A DNA stretch of 63,926 bases, counting the filler, from Olpidium bornovanus S191 (Eukaryota; Fungi; Olpidiomycota): assembly GCA_017911155.1 (NCBI GenBank). It is 28 parts of 28 records of this genome, joined end to end, with 100 filler letters (N's around TTAATTAATTAA, not from the genome) between each part and the next. Parts side by side here need not be neighbours in the genome. Positions count along the whole stretch, not along the records: positions 19,667 to 22,846 come from JAEFCI010007279.1; positions 22,947 to 25,033 come from JAEFCI010003500.1; positions 25,134 to 26,342 come from JAEFCI010010814.1; positions 26,443 to 29,157 come from JAEFCI010007379.1; positions 29,258 to 30,338 come from JAEFCI010009928.1; positions 30,439 to 40,194 come from JAEFCI010003749.1; 22 more parts are not named here. One strand, 5' to 3'. Positions 21,997-33,499 of the stretch are shown in pieces. Position 1 is the first letter of the stretch. The number at the start of each line of letters is the position of its first letter. The notes under the pieces are model-generated. The model was not told the origin of the DNA. It did not search any database and was given only the letters and a program-made list of their open reading frames with translations. The position numbers and the translations under genes were made by a program.

Positions 21997-22846
21997 ATGC
22001 CCACGTCAACCGTTAAGACGCCGTCTCCGGTGGCGCAGACGCCACTGAAGGCCTCCCACGCTTCTGCGGCGGGAAGCGCGGCTTACCTGGCCGCCGCGCT
22101 GGATGCCGAGCTGACGAACTGCGTGAAAAACCTTCGTGCACTCTCTCGGGTGTTTGGGCAGCAGACGCCGGAAACCTTGGCTCAGAAGCGGCTAACGATT
22201 GCGGAGCTTCAGTCTATCTGGCCGAAGTTTGCAGCGCAGGGCGTCCATCGCCAGGTAATGCTTGAGCGATTCGTCGAGCACGGCGAGAAGATAACCGCTC
22301 TGCAGGGAATGCACAACGCGGCGCAGACGTTCTGTTTCGAGAAGGTGCGGTATCACATTGCAGTGAACCATTCACTGGTTTTGTTTGGTTAATCATCTAC
22401 CCTCCATCAACGAGAAAGTAGGACAAAACGGAAAAAAAAGAAAAAAACTTTAAAACCGCCGCCCCGCTGACCATTCAATACGAAATTGTCAGGTCCTGTT
22501 TCAGCTGTCGGCCCACGTGGAAGAGAAAAATCCGGCAGCAGACGCAAAAGAGTCAGCAACGGAACTAACTATTATCCGCACCAGAGCGGAGCTGGGGATT
22601 CTCGTCTGTCAGCAGCTGGAACTTCACCACCGCGACCCTTTGTTCCGGTTGCCGACCACGGCGACGAAGCACGTCGAGCTCCTCCGGCGGTTCACGGCGA
22701 TAATTCACGAATGCTTCCAAAGCGATGCCACGGCGCCGCTGGCTCTGAACGGGGTCGCGTACGCGAAAGCGACCGTCCGCCTGCTGTTGGAACAGGGGTT
22801 CCTTTTGCAACTGCTGGATTTCGTGATGTGGATGATTGCCGGCATG
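21997..22846 (+). CDS. CFAP54: Cilia- and flagella-associated protein 54, N-terminal part
   Basis: Exons 21997-22344 and 22493-22846, with a 148-nt GT-AG intron and a CTGAC branch site. LQSIWPKFA..ERFVEHGE..AQTFCFEKVLFQ and ALNGVAYAKATVRLLLEQG..LDFVMW align by eye to CFAP54 (IWTKYA..EKLLKVGD..CYGRYLQQ; FNGTIYIY..LEYLLW). Confidence 0.68.
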
Positions 22847-23106
22847 NNNNNNNNNNNNNNNNNNNNNNNNNNNNNNNNNNNNNNNNNNNNTTAATTAATT
22901 AANNNNNNNNNNNNNNNNNNNNNNNNNNNNNNNNNNNNNNNNNNNNGGCAGAAAGACGGGCCCCCTGCGGCACACAGAGAAAAACCAGTACCACGCTGGC
23001 AAAGAAATCATCAATCCGGACAACACTTGAAGCGCGCCTTGTTTTCTGCCTCGTCCAAAATTTTTTATAGGATCCCTCAAACTCGTTGCGTCCTGCGTCT
23101 GCCTCC

Positions 23107-24314
23107 CTACTCTTTTTGGGCCGCGTCGAGCTCCTTCAGCGCAGCCTGGCTCATGCTCGAAACTTTTTCTCGGGCCTTGGCCGCAGTGGAGTCGAGGAAC
23201 GTCGACTGGGAGCGAAGGTACGGGCGGAGGAATGTCGTATAGACGTAGTGCGCCCCCGCAGTTTGCGGGAGGTACAGCCACATTAGGAATGCGGCCTTGA
23301 GGATGTCTGGGGTCCGAGCGTTAGACCAAGACGTCAACGGCGGCCTATTGCTATGCCAAACGAGCCGGTACTCACAGTAGAAAGGCACGTAATAGCTGGG
23401 GAGAGGGGAAGGTGGAGAGGTCCAATGTTTCGAACGTGTTTAGCGGAGCAAACCTCCGTAACAGCCACCTCAGTGCGGAAGAGGGCCACAGACTTACAGG
23501 AGAATCCACTAAGTATGACGGTAGAGGGTCAACGAGAAAATATTTTTAGACAAGGCTCATCATCGACACTGGACTTTTTAAAGGCCGTAGTAGGACCAAG
23601 TAGACGACACGAGATCTCACCGAAAAGTACTCCAGAGAGGACACAAAGCCAAAAATCACCCAATAGGTCTACAGTTGCAACGTAAGCCCGAGGGCGATAT
23701 GTTGAAAAAGAGTATTAAAGGCCAATTTCATCCGTCAACGGCGTAAGAGCGACACGAACGAAGACGACAAACGCCGCGTACCAGCCACTGCGTGTCGTCC
23801 CCCTTCGTCACAGTTTCGAGGGTCCGGAAAGTCGCCCAAGCAGGGTAGATCCACCCCAGCATGTTGGTCAAAAAAGGTCCCTGTAACGCACGCGCGGCGC
23901 CGCCCGATTTCCAACCGCAACACAACAGGACGTAAGCTTGACCGCCGGGCGTGTGGACCGAGAACGGCAAAAGTCGGATCCCAGTTGCGCCGACCCAAGT
24001 TGACTGTTACGCACCGCAACGTTGAAGAACAGCAGGATCACGAACAGAAAAACGACCCCGAGAGCTGCATAAGTTTTGGGGACGTGAGATGCCTTCTCGA
24101 ACTGGACAGCTAACGGCTGCTTGGAGAGCTCCTTGTCAACCTGCGCCAGGTAGTGTTGTGCCTTCGTGTTGCGGGAAAATCACATTAGAAACCAGGTTGG
24201 GTGAGCGCCGCTGACTGACGAGGGGCAGTCGTGCTCCCTGGACCGGCGCGGCCTGAGACGGAAAAGAAGGGAGAGGCGGGTCACCTTGACCTTGAAGCCA
24301 TCAAGAGCGGACAT
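23107..24314 (-). CDS. YOP1: Yop1/REEP5/DP1 ER-shaping protein, complete, 7 exons, 184 aa
   Basis: Exons 24285-24314, 24015-24161, 23782-23880, 23621-23668, 23498-23508, 23376-23395 and 23107-23306, all GT-AG, total 555 nt. Motifs are GWIYPAWATF, DDTQWLTYW and LWLYLPQTAGA-like. Confidence 0.94.
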
Positions 24315-24756
24315 CGTCGGGCGCGGAGTTGAGGGACGTCGCAGCTGTTCTCGCTAGTGTCCGTCCGTGCTTTTTTTTTCTTTTTCCTTTCTTCCCTTTT
24401 CGGGTGGGGGAGGCGGTGGGAGGGGAGCTCCTTCAATTCAATCTGTGCGAGGACGGAGCTTCTTTTTTTTGGGTGGGGGGCAGGGGGGAAAGGCGGGAAA
24501 CGGAGGAGCGGGGGAAAAGGAGGGGGAAAGCCGTGAGATGGTGTCACGCATCGTGCGGGGAAGCACGCAGAGGCGGCTCTTTCCAGCCCAAACCTGCCTG
24601 TCCCCGTCCTTCCTGCTTGCCCCGAGAGTCAGTAAGTCAGCCCTGGTCGCGCAGCCTGGCTGACGGCACTTCGGAAGCGGTGGGAAACCTTCATACAAAG
24701 CTTGCCGGGGCGGCTTGAGGAACATGGTGAGTGTGAAGGGTGAGGGTTTACCCCGT

Positions 24757-25020
24757 TGCAAATCCTGCCTCGAATCCCGCTGTGGACCATGTGATCAGTC
24801 CTGCCTTGGATTTCTTGGCAAATCCTGCGGCGAATTCTCTCTTAAATTTCGTTGTACATCCCGTAGGTAACCCTTGAATTTTGCGTCAAATATTATGGTG
24901 AATCCTGCCTAAACCTTTTTGCCAAACCTTGTGGTAAATCCTGCCCTGAATTCAGTTACAATTCTTGTGGTGAAACCTGCCTTGAATTCGGTGGCAAATT
25001 CTGTAATCAATCCTGCAGTA
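24757..25020. repeat. Degenerate 12-bp-period minisatellite
   Basis: Recurring GG(C/T)(A/G)AATCCTGC and CCTTGAATTC units. Confidence 0.6.
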
Positions 25021-25404
25021 AATTATTTCATGANNNNNNNNNNNNNNNNNNNNNNNNNNNNNNNNNNNNNNNNNNNNTTAATTAATTAANNNNNNNNNNN
25101 NNNNNNNNNNNNNNNNNNNNNNNNNNNNNNNNNCACCCCCCCCCCCCCCGTTTTCCCCCCCTCCGCCCCCCCCCCCGTGGGCGGTTCCCCAGACCCCCCC
25201 CCCCCCCCCCCCCCCGCCTCAACCGACTCTCTGACGAAAGCCCGTCTGTTAGCCGCGGGTTGCGTTCGCGCGCGCTCGCGACGCCACCTTGTCCCCGCCG
25301 TCCGGACGGCAGTCGCGTCCCGTGCTTTGCCCGCGGATGCTTCTCCTTGAGTGTCCTTTTTCTTACAAAGAGACGCTTTTTTGCCTGTTTCAAACATCCA
25401 ACAG

Positions 25405-26342
25405 CCAGCACCTTTTCGTCCAACTCTTCGGGCGCACGCAAACCAGCGAGGAGCTTCTGCTCGTGGCGCGGCGGCAGGAGATGAACGCGCGAAATCAGTC
25501 CCGGAGTCAGTCTGAATACTATCACAACTGCATGAGGATGATCAAGGAATTCGAGGAAAAGGTGAATCAACAACTTCAGGTGCAGGGCCAACAGCAGTTG
25601 CAGCAGCAACACCAGCAGAACCAAGAGTTTGTAACGGGCAGGCAGCCCCCGCAGCAGCAGCTGCACCTCCAACAACAACGCCACGGAAATATGGCTGGGC
25701 CGAGCATCGCCGGCGCGACGCAGCTCCTTCAACAGCAACGTCACCAACAGCAGCAGCAGCAGATGCTACAGCAGGTTGTACTTCAGCAACAGGCGCTGCG
25801 CCAACAGCAGGTCGCCCTGCAGCAGCAACATCAGCAACAGCAGGCCGCGCTGCATCAGCAACAGCAACAGCACCAACAGCAGGCCGCGCTGCATCAGCAA
25901 CAGCAACAGCACCAACAGCAGGTCGCGCTGCATCAGCAACAGCAACAGCAGCAGGCTGCGCTTCAGCTACAACAGCACCAGCACCAGCAGCACCAGCACC
26001 AGCACCAGCAGCCGCCGCCGCCGCCGCCGCAGCAGCAGCAGCGCAACGCCCAAGCTGCTGCACAGTACCAACGGTCCCTCTCACCCGCAGTGCCCCAAGC
26101 GCTCGGCCCACAGTCGGGGCAGCAACTGCAGGGCCAGAGCCAGATTCTCCAGTCGCAGGTCCGACAGCAGCAGCAGCATATCTCACAGGGGTCGCCCCAG
26201 TTTCCCGGCCAGCAGTCGTCCCGCCAGCGGCCGCCCCAGCCAGGATTCCAGGCTCACGCCACGTCGCACCAACTCCGCCAGCTGGCTGCACAGCAACAGA
26301 TGCTTAAGCAGCAACAACAGCACTTACAACCCCAGCAGCATG
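25405..26342 (+). CDS. KIX-like domain plus polyglutamine region (Mediator subunit 15/Gal11-like), partial
   Basis: EELLLVARRQEMNARNQSRSQSEYYHNCMRMIKEFEEK resembles the KIX helices (A..fE..vf..A.S..eY). About 250 Q-rich codons follow. Confidence 0.5.
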
Positions 26343-26442
26343 NNNNNNNNNNNNNNNNNNNNNNNNNNNNNNNNNNNNNNNNNNNNTTAATTAATTAANN
26401 NNNNNNNNNNNNNNNNNNNNNNNNNNNNNNNNNNNNNNNNNN

Positions 26443-27891
26443 CATGGGCATCCCCTGTGAACAGCAGGTTCTCGAGGTCGGGGACGTGACTTGGATCGCG
26501 CGACGCGCCGAGACGGGCGAGGAAGTCGCGCTCGATTTTATTCTTGAAAGGAAGCGGCTGGATGACTTAATCGCCAGCATCAAGGACGGGAGGTTTCTCG
26601 AGCAAAAAGTGAGTTTTCCTTTGGACCTCACGGCCGAGCGGCGCGAAGTTACCGTCGCTCTAGAACGAACGTGGCGCACGTGAAGAAAGAAATCAAAAAT
26701 TCAAAGAAGGACGTCGGTTTCCGCTCGCTGAAAAGAGTTCCCGCTCCCCCAACGCGCAAGCAGTTCCGTCTCCAGAACAGCGGCGTCAGCAACGTCATCT
26801 ACCTCGTCGAGGAGCACAACGCGCAGGCCGCCGTCGACTTCGGCGTGAGCGCGATATATTCCGCGATGGCAAGCACGCTGGTGGCGAACGGGTTTTTCGT
26901 CAAGCGCACGTCTTCCATCGACGAGTCCGTTTCGTACCTCCGGCGCGTGACGCAAATGCTGCAGGCCAAGTACATGGTGCGTTCCGCGGACGACTTTTGG
27001 CGCCCCCCCCAACCCACAAACCGCTCACTCCTTACGCGCCGTGCGTAATCACGCCCGGCTTTTCCTCCCCGCGTCCTCGCTCCCGCATCCCAGAACGAGG
27101 CCCTGTACGTCATCCCGGACGAGCACGTGGACCGCTCGACGTTCATCGAGCTGAAGCAGCGCTTGGCGGGCGAGCACCCATCGCGCACGTACCACGTGAC
27201 GCTCGACAGGTACCAGTACCTGAACACGAAGCGGCGGCTGCTCACCCTCGCGGACCTGTTCGTGAAGTTCCTGATGTGCGTCCGCGGGGTGAGCGCGGAG
27301 AAGGCCCAGGAGGTCGCAGGCAAGTACAAGACGCCGCGCGGGTGAGTCGTCTTATAAAAAAAAGGCTTTCGGACTTTCCCCCACCCCACCCCCCACCCCC
27401 CCGACAACACCAATTCCTATTTGCGGCCGGCCGTCGTGGGGACCTCGACTCCGTTTCCCTTCCGTCCGTCCGCCGCCGAGGCCGGCGAGACTCCCGGAAC
27501 GCGCGCGGTGTGGACGGCTGGGACCCAACGTCCCGCCGCCTGTTCTTCTCCTTCCCACACGCTTCCCGCCCCGTTTCTAACACACGGCTTCCCGCCCCCT
27601 TTCTGATTCGCCCTCGCCCTTGTGGCCCCCTGCCCGCGCCGGACGCATGCCGCCCGACCAGCTTCATGGAAGCTTTCGAAGCCTTCGGCAACGACGCGGC
27701 CGCCAAGGAGGCCATGCTGCTGGCGAACGCTGGCGGCGGCCCCGAATTCGCCGTCGGCGCGGCGCGGCGGAAGAAGATCGGGCCGTCGCTGAGCAAAAAG
27801 ATATGCGACATCTGGACCAGCCTCGAGTTCGGGGACCCCGGCGGCCCCGGTTTCGGCGACGGCCGGGGAGCCGGGACTCGTTCGCGCGAGC

Positions 27892-27896
<5 letters not shown>
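26443..27896 (+). CDS. MUS81: Crossover junction endonuclease Mus81, ERCC4 domain and C-terminal HhH, 5'-partial
   Basis: [58 protein letters not shown] and [11 protein letters not shown] motifs. Exons 26443-26608, 26764-26976, 27094-27341 and 27662-27896. Confidence 0.95.

Positions 27897-27938
<42 letters not shown>
27895..27938. repeat. (GA)n microsatellite
   Basis: About 22 GA units. Confidence 0.95.
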
Positions 27939-27941
<3 letters not shown>

Positions 27942-28599
27942 GGTCCGTTAAGTTAATGACCGGGAATAACCCTCCCCCCTTCCCCTCCCCTTACTTCTTT
28001 TCCTCTCTACGTCACGAATCCCCCTCCGCCCCCTCATCCCCCCCGGCCCGACACGACTTTGCGCCCGCCGAATACTGTACACACGCGCGCGTCGGGGTCC
28101 ACGACGGGGCAAAAAGGTGGTTCACGACGCACCGCGTCCCTTCCCCCCTCCCCCCGGGCCATTACACACCGGGTTAAACTTCGGGCGTGTGTGTGTGTGC
28201 GCGCGCGCGCGTGTTTCTTTTTTTTTTGGTTTTCTTTTTGCCCGGAGCGCGGGGTCCACTCCTAATTGCCGGAGGGGGGTTTTTTTTTCTTTTTTTTTTT
28301 TTTGCGGCCGCGCGTCGGGGGTGGGGTGGGGGGGGGGGAAGGGGGAACACGCAAAAAATAAAAGTATGATAAAAAAAAGCCACGGGGCCTCCTCCCTGAA
28401 CGACAGACGTGAACCAAAGGGGACAAAGGAAGACGGGTGCACAATGGAGGGGACCAAGGATGGAGGGCGGCGGAGACGGCGGACGGCGGGCGGCGGATGC
28501 TGCACCGCGCGGTTCGGAACGCTGTAGAGCTTTTACAAGCTTTTGGTTTGTTTTGTATGGCGTCGGCGTGCGGGATTTACAGGGGGAAGAAAGGAGGGA

Positions 28600-29157
28600 T
28601 GATTCCCGCAGGAGTCTGCGCCACCGGCTATGTCCGGCCCCCTTTTTTTCCAACACCCCACCTCTCCTAGGGAATCTATCACGCCCATGGTCACGTCTAT
28701 CTGCCTATATGTTGCCGCTCCTTCATTTCACGGCGCTTCGGTTCAGGCGGTTAGCCTGTTTGCTGCCTAAGCGGGACGTAGGCCGACCATTTCCCGAAAC
28801 TTGGCGAACTTGATCTTATCTGAGGGCTTGGTGAACACGTCTGCGGGATTCTCGCTCGTCCCTATGCGGCATATGCTGATGCTTCCCTCTGCAGTGCACC
28901 AGCGGAGATGGTTGTACCAGATGTCGATATGTTTCAATCTCTTCGACACCTTATTGTCTGACGCTAACTCTGCCGCGCCCGTATTGTCAATCATCAGCTC
29001 AGTCGGTTGGACGACGACATGGGGATCAATCGGCTGGATGAGAGTACGTAGCCATTTGACTTCCTGAGCCGCTGCGGAGCCTGCCACGAATTCTGCTTCG
29101 CATGAGGCCACACACTTCTGTCTTGCTGACCTCCATGACACCAATCCGTCTGCAAAC
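28600..29157 (-). mobile_element. Copia 3' end: RNase H, polypurine tract and start of the 3' LTR
   Basis: VSWRSARQKCVASCEAEFVA..MIDNTGA..KRLKHIDIWYNHLR..ENPADVFTKP, stop at 28767. The PPT AGGAGAGGTGGGG (28656-28668) is followed by TGTTGG at 28655. Confidence 0.9.
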
Positions 29158-29257
29158 NNNNNNNNNNNNNNNNNNNNNNNNNNNNNNNNNNNNNNNNNNN
29201 NTTAATTAATTAANNNNNNNNNNNNNNNNNNNNNNNNNNNNNNNNNNNNNNNNNNNN

Positions 29258-30164
29258 CGACCGCGGCTTCGCCAACATAACACCTTGTTTTGTTCGTGAC
29301 GACACCTCGATCTTCCCTGGGACCCAGATCGCCAACAAGGTGCTCTCTATGTATGACCCGCTGATGCGGCAGGACGAGGAAGAAAATACTCTGGAGCTCC
29401 CGAGATTCGCGGAAGCAAAGCAGCTCGAGTGTTATCTGCCTGGTGCGACGTTGCCGGGTTCAAAATGTTTTTGTTTCTAATCCTAGGAGGACGCCGCGGC
29501 GAAAAGCCGCTGTACGGCTGATCGTTGACATTTTCCGTTTATCACGTGCAATACAGGCGGAAACTACTACCTGCATTTTGACAAGCCAAGGTTACCCGGA
29601 CTTACGCTCGAGCAGCGGAAGCAACTAGCTGAACACGTAAGAGACTCCCCCATAATTTCCGCTCAGGGAGGCGGGGGGTGGACGGGCGGAAGGGGCGGTC
29701 TGGGGAAACGATCGAAGCAGTTCAGCAAAAACCGTCATTCTGCTTTGCACTGTTTTGCGTGAAACACTGCAAAAAAAATAATATAATAATTAAAGGGCCG
29801 CGAGCTGGTCACCGACGTGCCGGCTGACGGTCGGGCAGGCAGCAGGTACTTCAGGATCCACCTGGGCCCGCAGGGCTACATTGAGTCCGTGACCTATTTC
29901 GGGACGCATCCGATCCCGAGCGACAACATAGTCTCGCTCTACGGGCTGCACGAGATGTATCTGAACCGCCTGGCCGCCCGGTTCGATGAAGGGATTATTC
30001 CGGACTTCGTCTCCTTCTTCGAGGGCACGTGGGCCATGCCCATATTCCACGACGAGTTCCGCCGGTTCGCCACTGAGTCGCGCAGGGAGATGACCAAAAG
30101 CGGCATGATGACCACCGCTGAGCTGCTGGAGAGGCTGAGACCGTACTTGGAAAAGGGCGGCCAG
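29258..30164 (+). CDS. CFAP61: Cilia- and flagella-associated protein 61, C-terminal part
   Basis: Exons 29258-29442, 29557-29636 and 29796-30164. LPGGNYYLHFDKP..GRELVT..YFRIHL..LYGLHEMYLNRLAARFDEGIIPDFVSFF..WAMPIFHDEF is colinear with the CFAP61 C-terminus. Confidence 0.88.
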
Positions 30165-30438
30165 GTGCGTCAAGAAAAACGCGGGAGTGAATTGCGCCCG
30201 AAGCGGCCCTGCTTTGGCATGGCATCGGGATTTTATTTTTTGTTGCTCGCCTGCTTTGCGTTTTTGCGCCCCCTGCTAAGGAGGTCCCACGCGAGAGCTG
30301 TCGTGTGGGGTTAGGCGGTTCTGCTGGTCAATCCAGCGNNNNNNNNNNNNNNNNNNNNNNNNNNNNNNNNNNNNNNNNNNNNTTAATTAATTAANNNNNN
30401 NNNNNNNNNNNNNNNNNNNNNNNNNNNNNNNNNNNNNN

Positions 30439-30790
30439 CATCAAACTTGCATCGTGTCGGCAGTCGTTCAAAGCATATCTCAGTTAAGCACCTATTTGTC
30501 CGAGAACAAGTCAAGCTAGGAACTGTCATCGTCCGTCCAGTTAGGACCAACCAGAATGTTGCGGACGTATTCACAAAGGGATTGGCAAAACCAAAGTTTT
30601 CTGAGTGTATTTCTTCTCTCAGCCTTTCTCCTCTCCCGGCTCACATATGAGCAATTTTTTGTGATCCATTTTTGTTTGTTTCCGTTAGACATCCTTCCTT
30701 TTCTTTGCCGGATGTATAACGAGGAAAAGTGTTGAACCCGGAGAATCCGGAGGCCTCCTCGGAACCCCTGAATGTTCTCTGTACTATAAC
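30439..30790 (+). mobile_element. Copia 3' end: RNase H C-terminus, PPT and truncated LTR start
   Basis: SRSKHISVKHLFVREQV..NQNVADVFTKGL, stop at 30650. GAGGAAAAG (30721-30729) is followed by TGTTGAA at 30730. Confidence 0.85.
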
Positions 30791-33340
30791 GCGTTAATTT
30801 TTAAACTGCCTTCTCTCACGGAGGCAAAAACCACAAAACCAACAGCTTTTCCGTTGGCCAGGAAGAGTACGTTGAGTCCATGAAGAGTGGCGGAGCCGAC
30901 AGAGAATAGGGGAGCCATTGAGGGTACATGGAGTGCATCTTGGACGTCAGTGGAATGCGTCCCAAGGCAGAGGCGATAATAGTACTGTTGTCTGCCAGTT
31001 GTACAGGCATCGAAGATGGCTTTACGTCCGTGAAGAGGGAGCCGTCGGGATGCCCATGATGTGTGGCTCCTGAGTCCATGATCATATCTTGGAGGAAAGT
31101 GGTAGCGGCAGATTTGGCTGTGTGGCCTAGCGTGGCGCGCCCATGGTCGTGGCTCACGTCCCCTTCTTGCGAAGCAGCATTGCTGATGGTCAAGTTGCTC
31201 CGTCTCCTGTGTCGTTGATTCTGATTTTTGATGCATAGGAAGACCGGGCAGTCGGAGCGCCAGTGGGCCCCAGAGCAGTATTGGAAGGGACTCGGTGGGT
31301 TTCCACGTTCAATTCTTCCACATTCATGTCCCTTTTGTTGATTGGCGTGGTCGTGTGGATGACTCTGCCACAATTTCCCGCTCCCGTGTGAGTGTTTCTC
31401 TTTGTTTGTTCCGTTGTGCCGAATGTGTCTGGGTCGAGCAGACTCCCCAATGACCTTGTTGGCGGCGGCGTTAGGCTTGTCCTGTTTCCGGCCATGACAA
31501 AATCGGGCGGCAATCTGTTGGACGGATGAGAGAGAGTCTTGATGGCCAGGGTCAGTGATGACAAAATCACGAATGCGTGACGGAGTGCCATCCTTGTTGA
31601 TTATTCCTTGAAGGTATTGAGTGATACGGATATGCTCCGTGATTGTGGACCTGATTTGCATGGCAAGGCGTGTGAAGGCACGGTTGTAATCGGCGATTGT
31701 GTCGTAGGAGTACATCTTGCAGTCAAGTAGTTGTTTCCAAATGCGTTCCGCAGCATCAGCTGGCACGAACTGGCGGTGGAGAGCCTCTTTGAGCGCGGAC
31801 CATGTGGTGATTTGTTTTGTGGGGTCGAGGCTTGCTGTCTGGCAGCGATCAAGCCACCAGGTGCTTGCATCGCCTGTGAATTTCGAGGTTGCCAGGAGTA
31901 TGAGTCCAGCATCCGAGTGTCGGGCCAGTTGCTGGTATACTTCAATGCGTTGGATGATAATTGCCAGTTTTGTGTCGCCTCCTTGCCTATCGTACTTTGG
32001 GATGTCCAATTGGTACCCTTTGAGCAAGATTTTGTCCGCTAATCGAATGCAGGATGGTGATGTCTCGTGTTACGTCGTGTCTGACGTCAGTATCGATGAC
32101 GTCTGTGATGATCGTTGTCAGATTCCGTGTCCGTGTCGGAGGAATCAGAAGAGGACTCGTAGTTGGAGGAGAAGCGGTGTCGATGACGGTGGTCTTTCGA
32201 CTGTGAAGCGCGATGGTGGTCTCGATGGCGATGTGAATGACCATGGTCGTCATCACTCGGGATGCGTGTGGAGTGTGTATTAGTATTCACTCCCTTCAGT
32301 TGTCCTGTTTGTTGGAATCGCTTGGAGCTTCATAAGTGGAACTCACCAGTTGGCATTGGTTGGTTGCGCCAGTAGTCCCTTGTCCCCTGTGTGTGGCGGC
32401 TCTTTTGTCGACCCGGGACTTTCGGTGACCACCAGATGCAACCGACCCAGCAGAGTCAGAGCCGTGTCCTGGGTGTTGTTCCTTATCGTATGACTGGGTA
32501 GCCTGCTGTGCGATTTCATGTCTTGCAGTAGAGTCTTCCTGCATGTTGGGTGTGTTGTGTTCGGTGGCGACCCAAGTCGTCTGAGACGATTGAGGACGTC
32601 GCTAGTGGCCATGGTTGTCCTGTGGCGGCGAAGCGCGGGGCGCGGCGGCGACGGCGAAGGCGGAGCCGAAATGCGGGGCGGCGATGCCGGCGATGCCGAG
32701 GAAAGCGCACGACGGCTGCAACGGCGCAGAGGTGGCGGTTGCACGGCGGTGGACGCGCGGCGGTGGGTGCGCGGCGGCGGGCGCGAGGCGATGGCGGCGG
32801 AGCGCGGCGGCTGCGCGGCGGAGGGGGTGACGGCTGCGGCGGAGCGCGGCGGCGGCTGCGGCGGATGCGCAGCGGCGGGGAGCGCGGCGGGAAGCGCGAC
32901 GGCGGGGAGCGCGGCGGGGAGCGCGACGGCGGGGAGCGCGGCGGGGAGCGCGACGGGCGCGCGGCAGCTGCGGCGGAGTGCGCAGCGGCGGGGAGCGCGG
33001 CGGGGAGCGCGGCGGGGAGCGCAACTGGGAGCGCGGCGGGGAGCGCGGCGGCGGCTGCGGCGGAGTGCGCAGCGGCGGAGGAGCGCAGCGGGCGTGCAGC
33101 GATGGCTGCGGCAGCTGCGGCGGGTGCGCAGCGGTGGCGGCGGTGATGGTGGACGGCGGCTGCGCGGTTAGCGGAGCCTTGGGCTCATAACCCGTTGGTT
33201 TTGTGTTGTTATTGTGTATTTCCGCCGTGTGGTGTTGGAAGGGAGGAGTGGCGTCCGGGAGCTATTCTATGTGTGTGACATGGGGTGCTTTGACGCCGAT
33301 AAGTTTGATCTTCATCATTTCAAAGCACAAGTCAGCTGAC
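30784..33340 (-). mobile_element. LTR retroelement 5' part: PBS, GC-rich repeats, gypsy-type gag, CCHC knuckle and copia-type protease
   Basis: Exact GGTTATGAGCCC PBS at 33181-33192. ORF 30816..32027 contains LATSKFTGDASTWW..ITTWSALKEALHRQF..TIADYNRAF..YLQGI, a knuckle read as [F]QYCSGAHWRSDC, and MIMDSGATHH..VQLADNSTI. After a frameshift comes DVQDALHVPSMAPLFSVG. Confidence 0.82.
32740..33150. repeat. GC-rich tandem array (GGGGAGCGCGGC / GGGAGCGCGACGGC units)
   Basis: Direct reading of the sequence. It lies between the PBS and the gag start. Confidence 0.8.
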
Positions 33341-33499
33341 ATGCCAGCCCAACTAACATGATGATGACAAAAATGTAATTGCTGTTGGCACCTTCCCAAA
33401 CGTCAACATCTGAGAACATCTGAGAACCAACCTCACACCTGACACCCTTACTGCCTCTCGCACGTCGTCTCTGGCGTCGCAGGTATATAGTTTTCCTGC

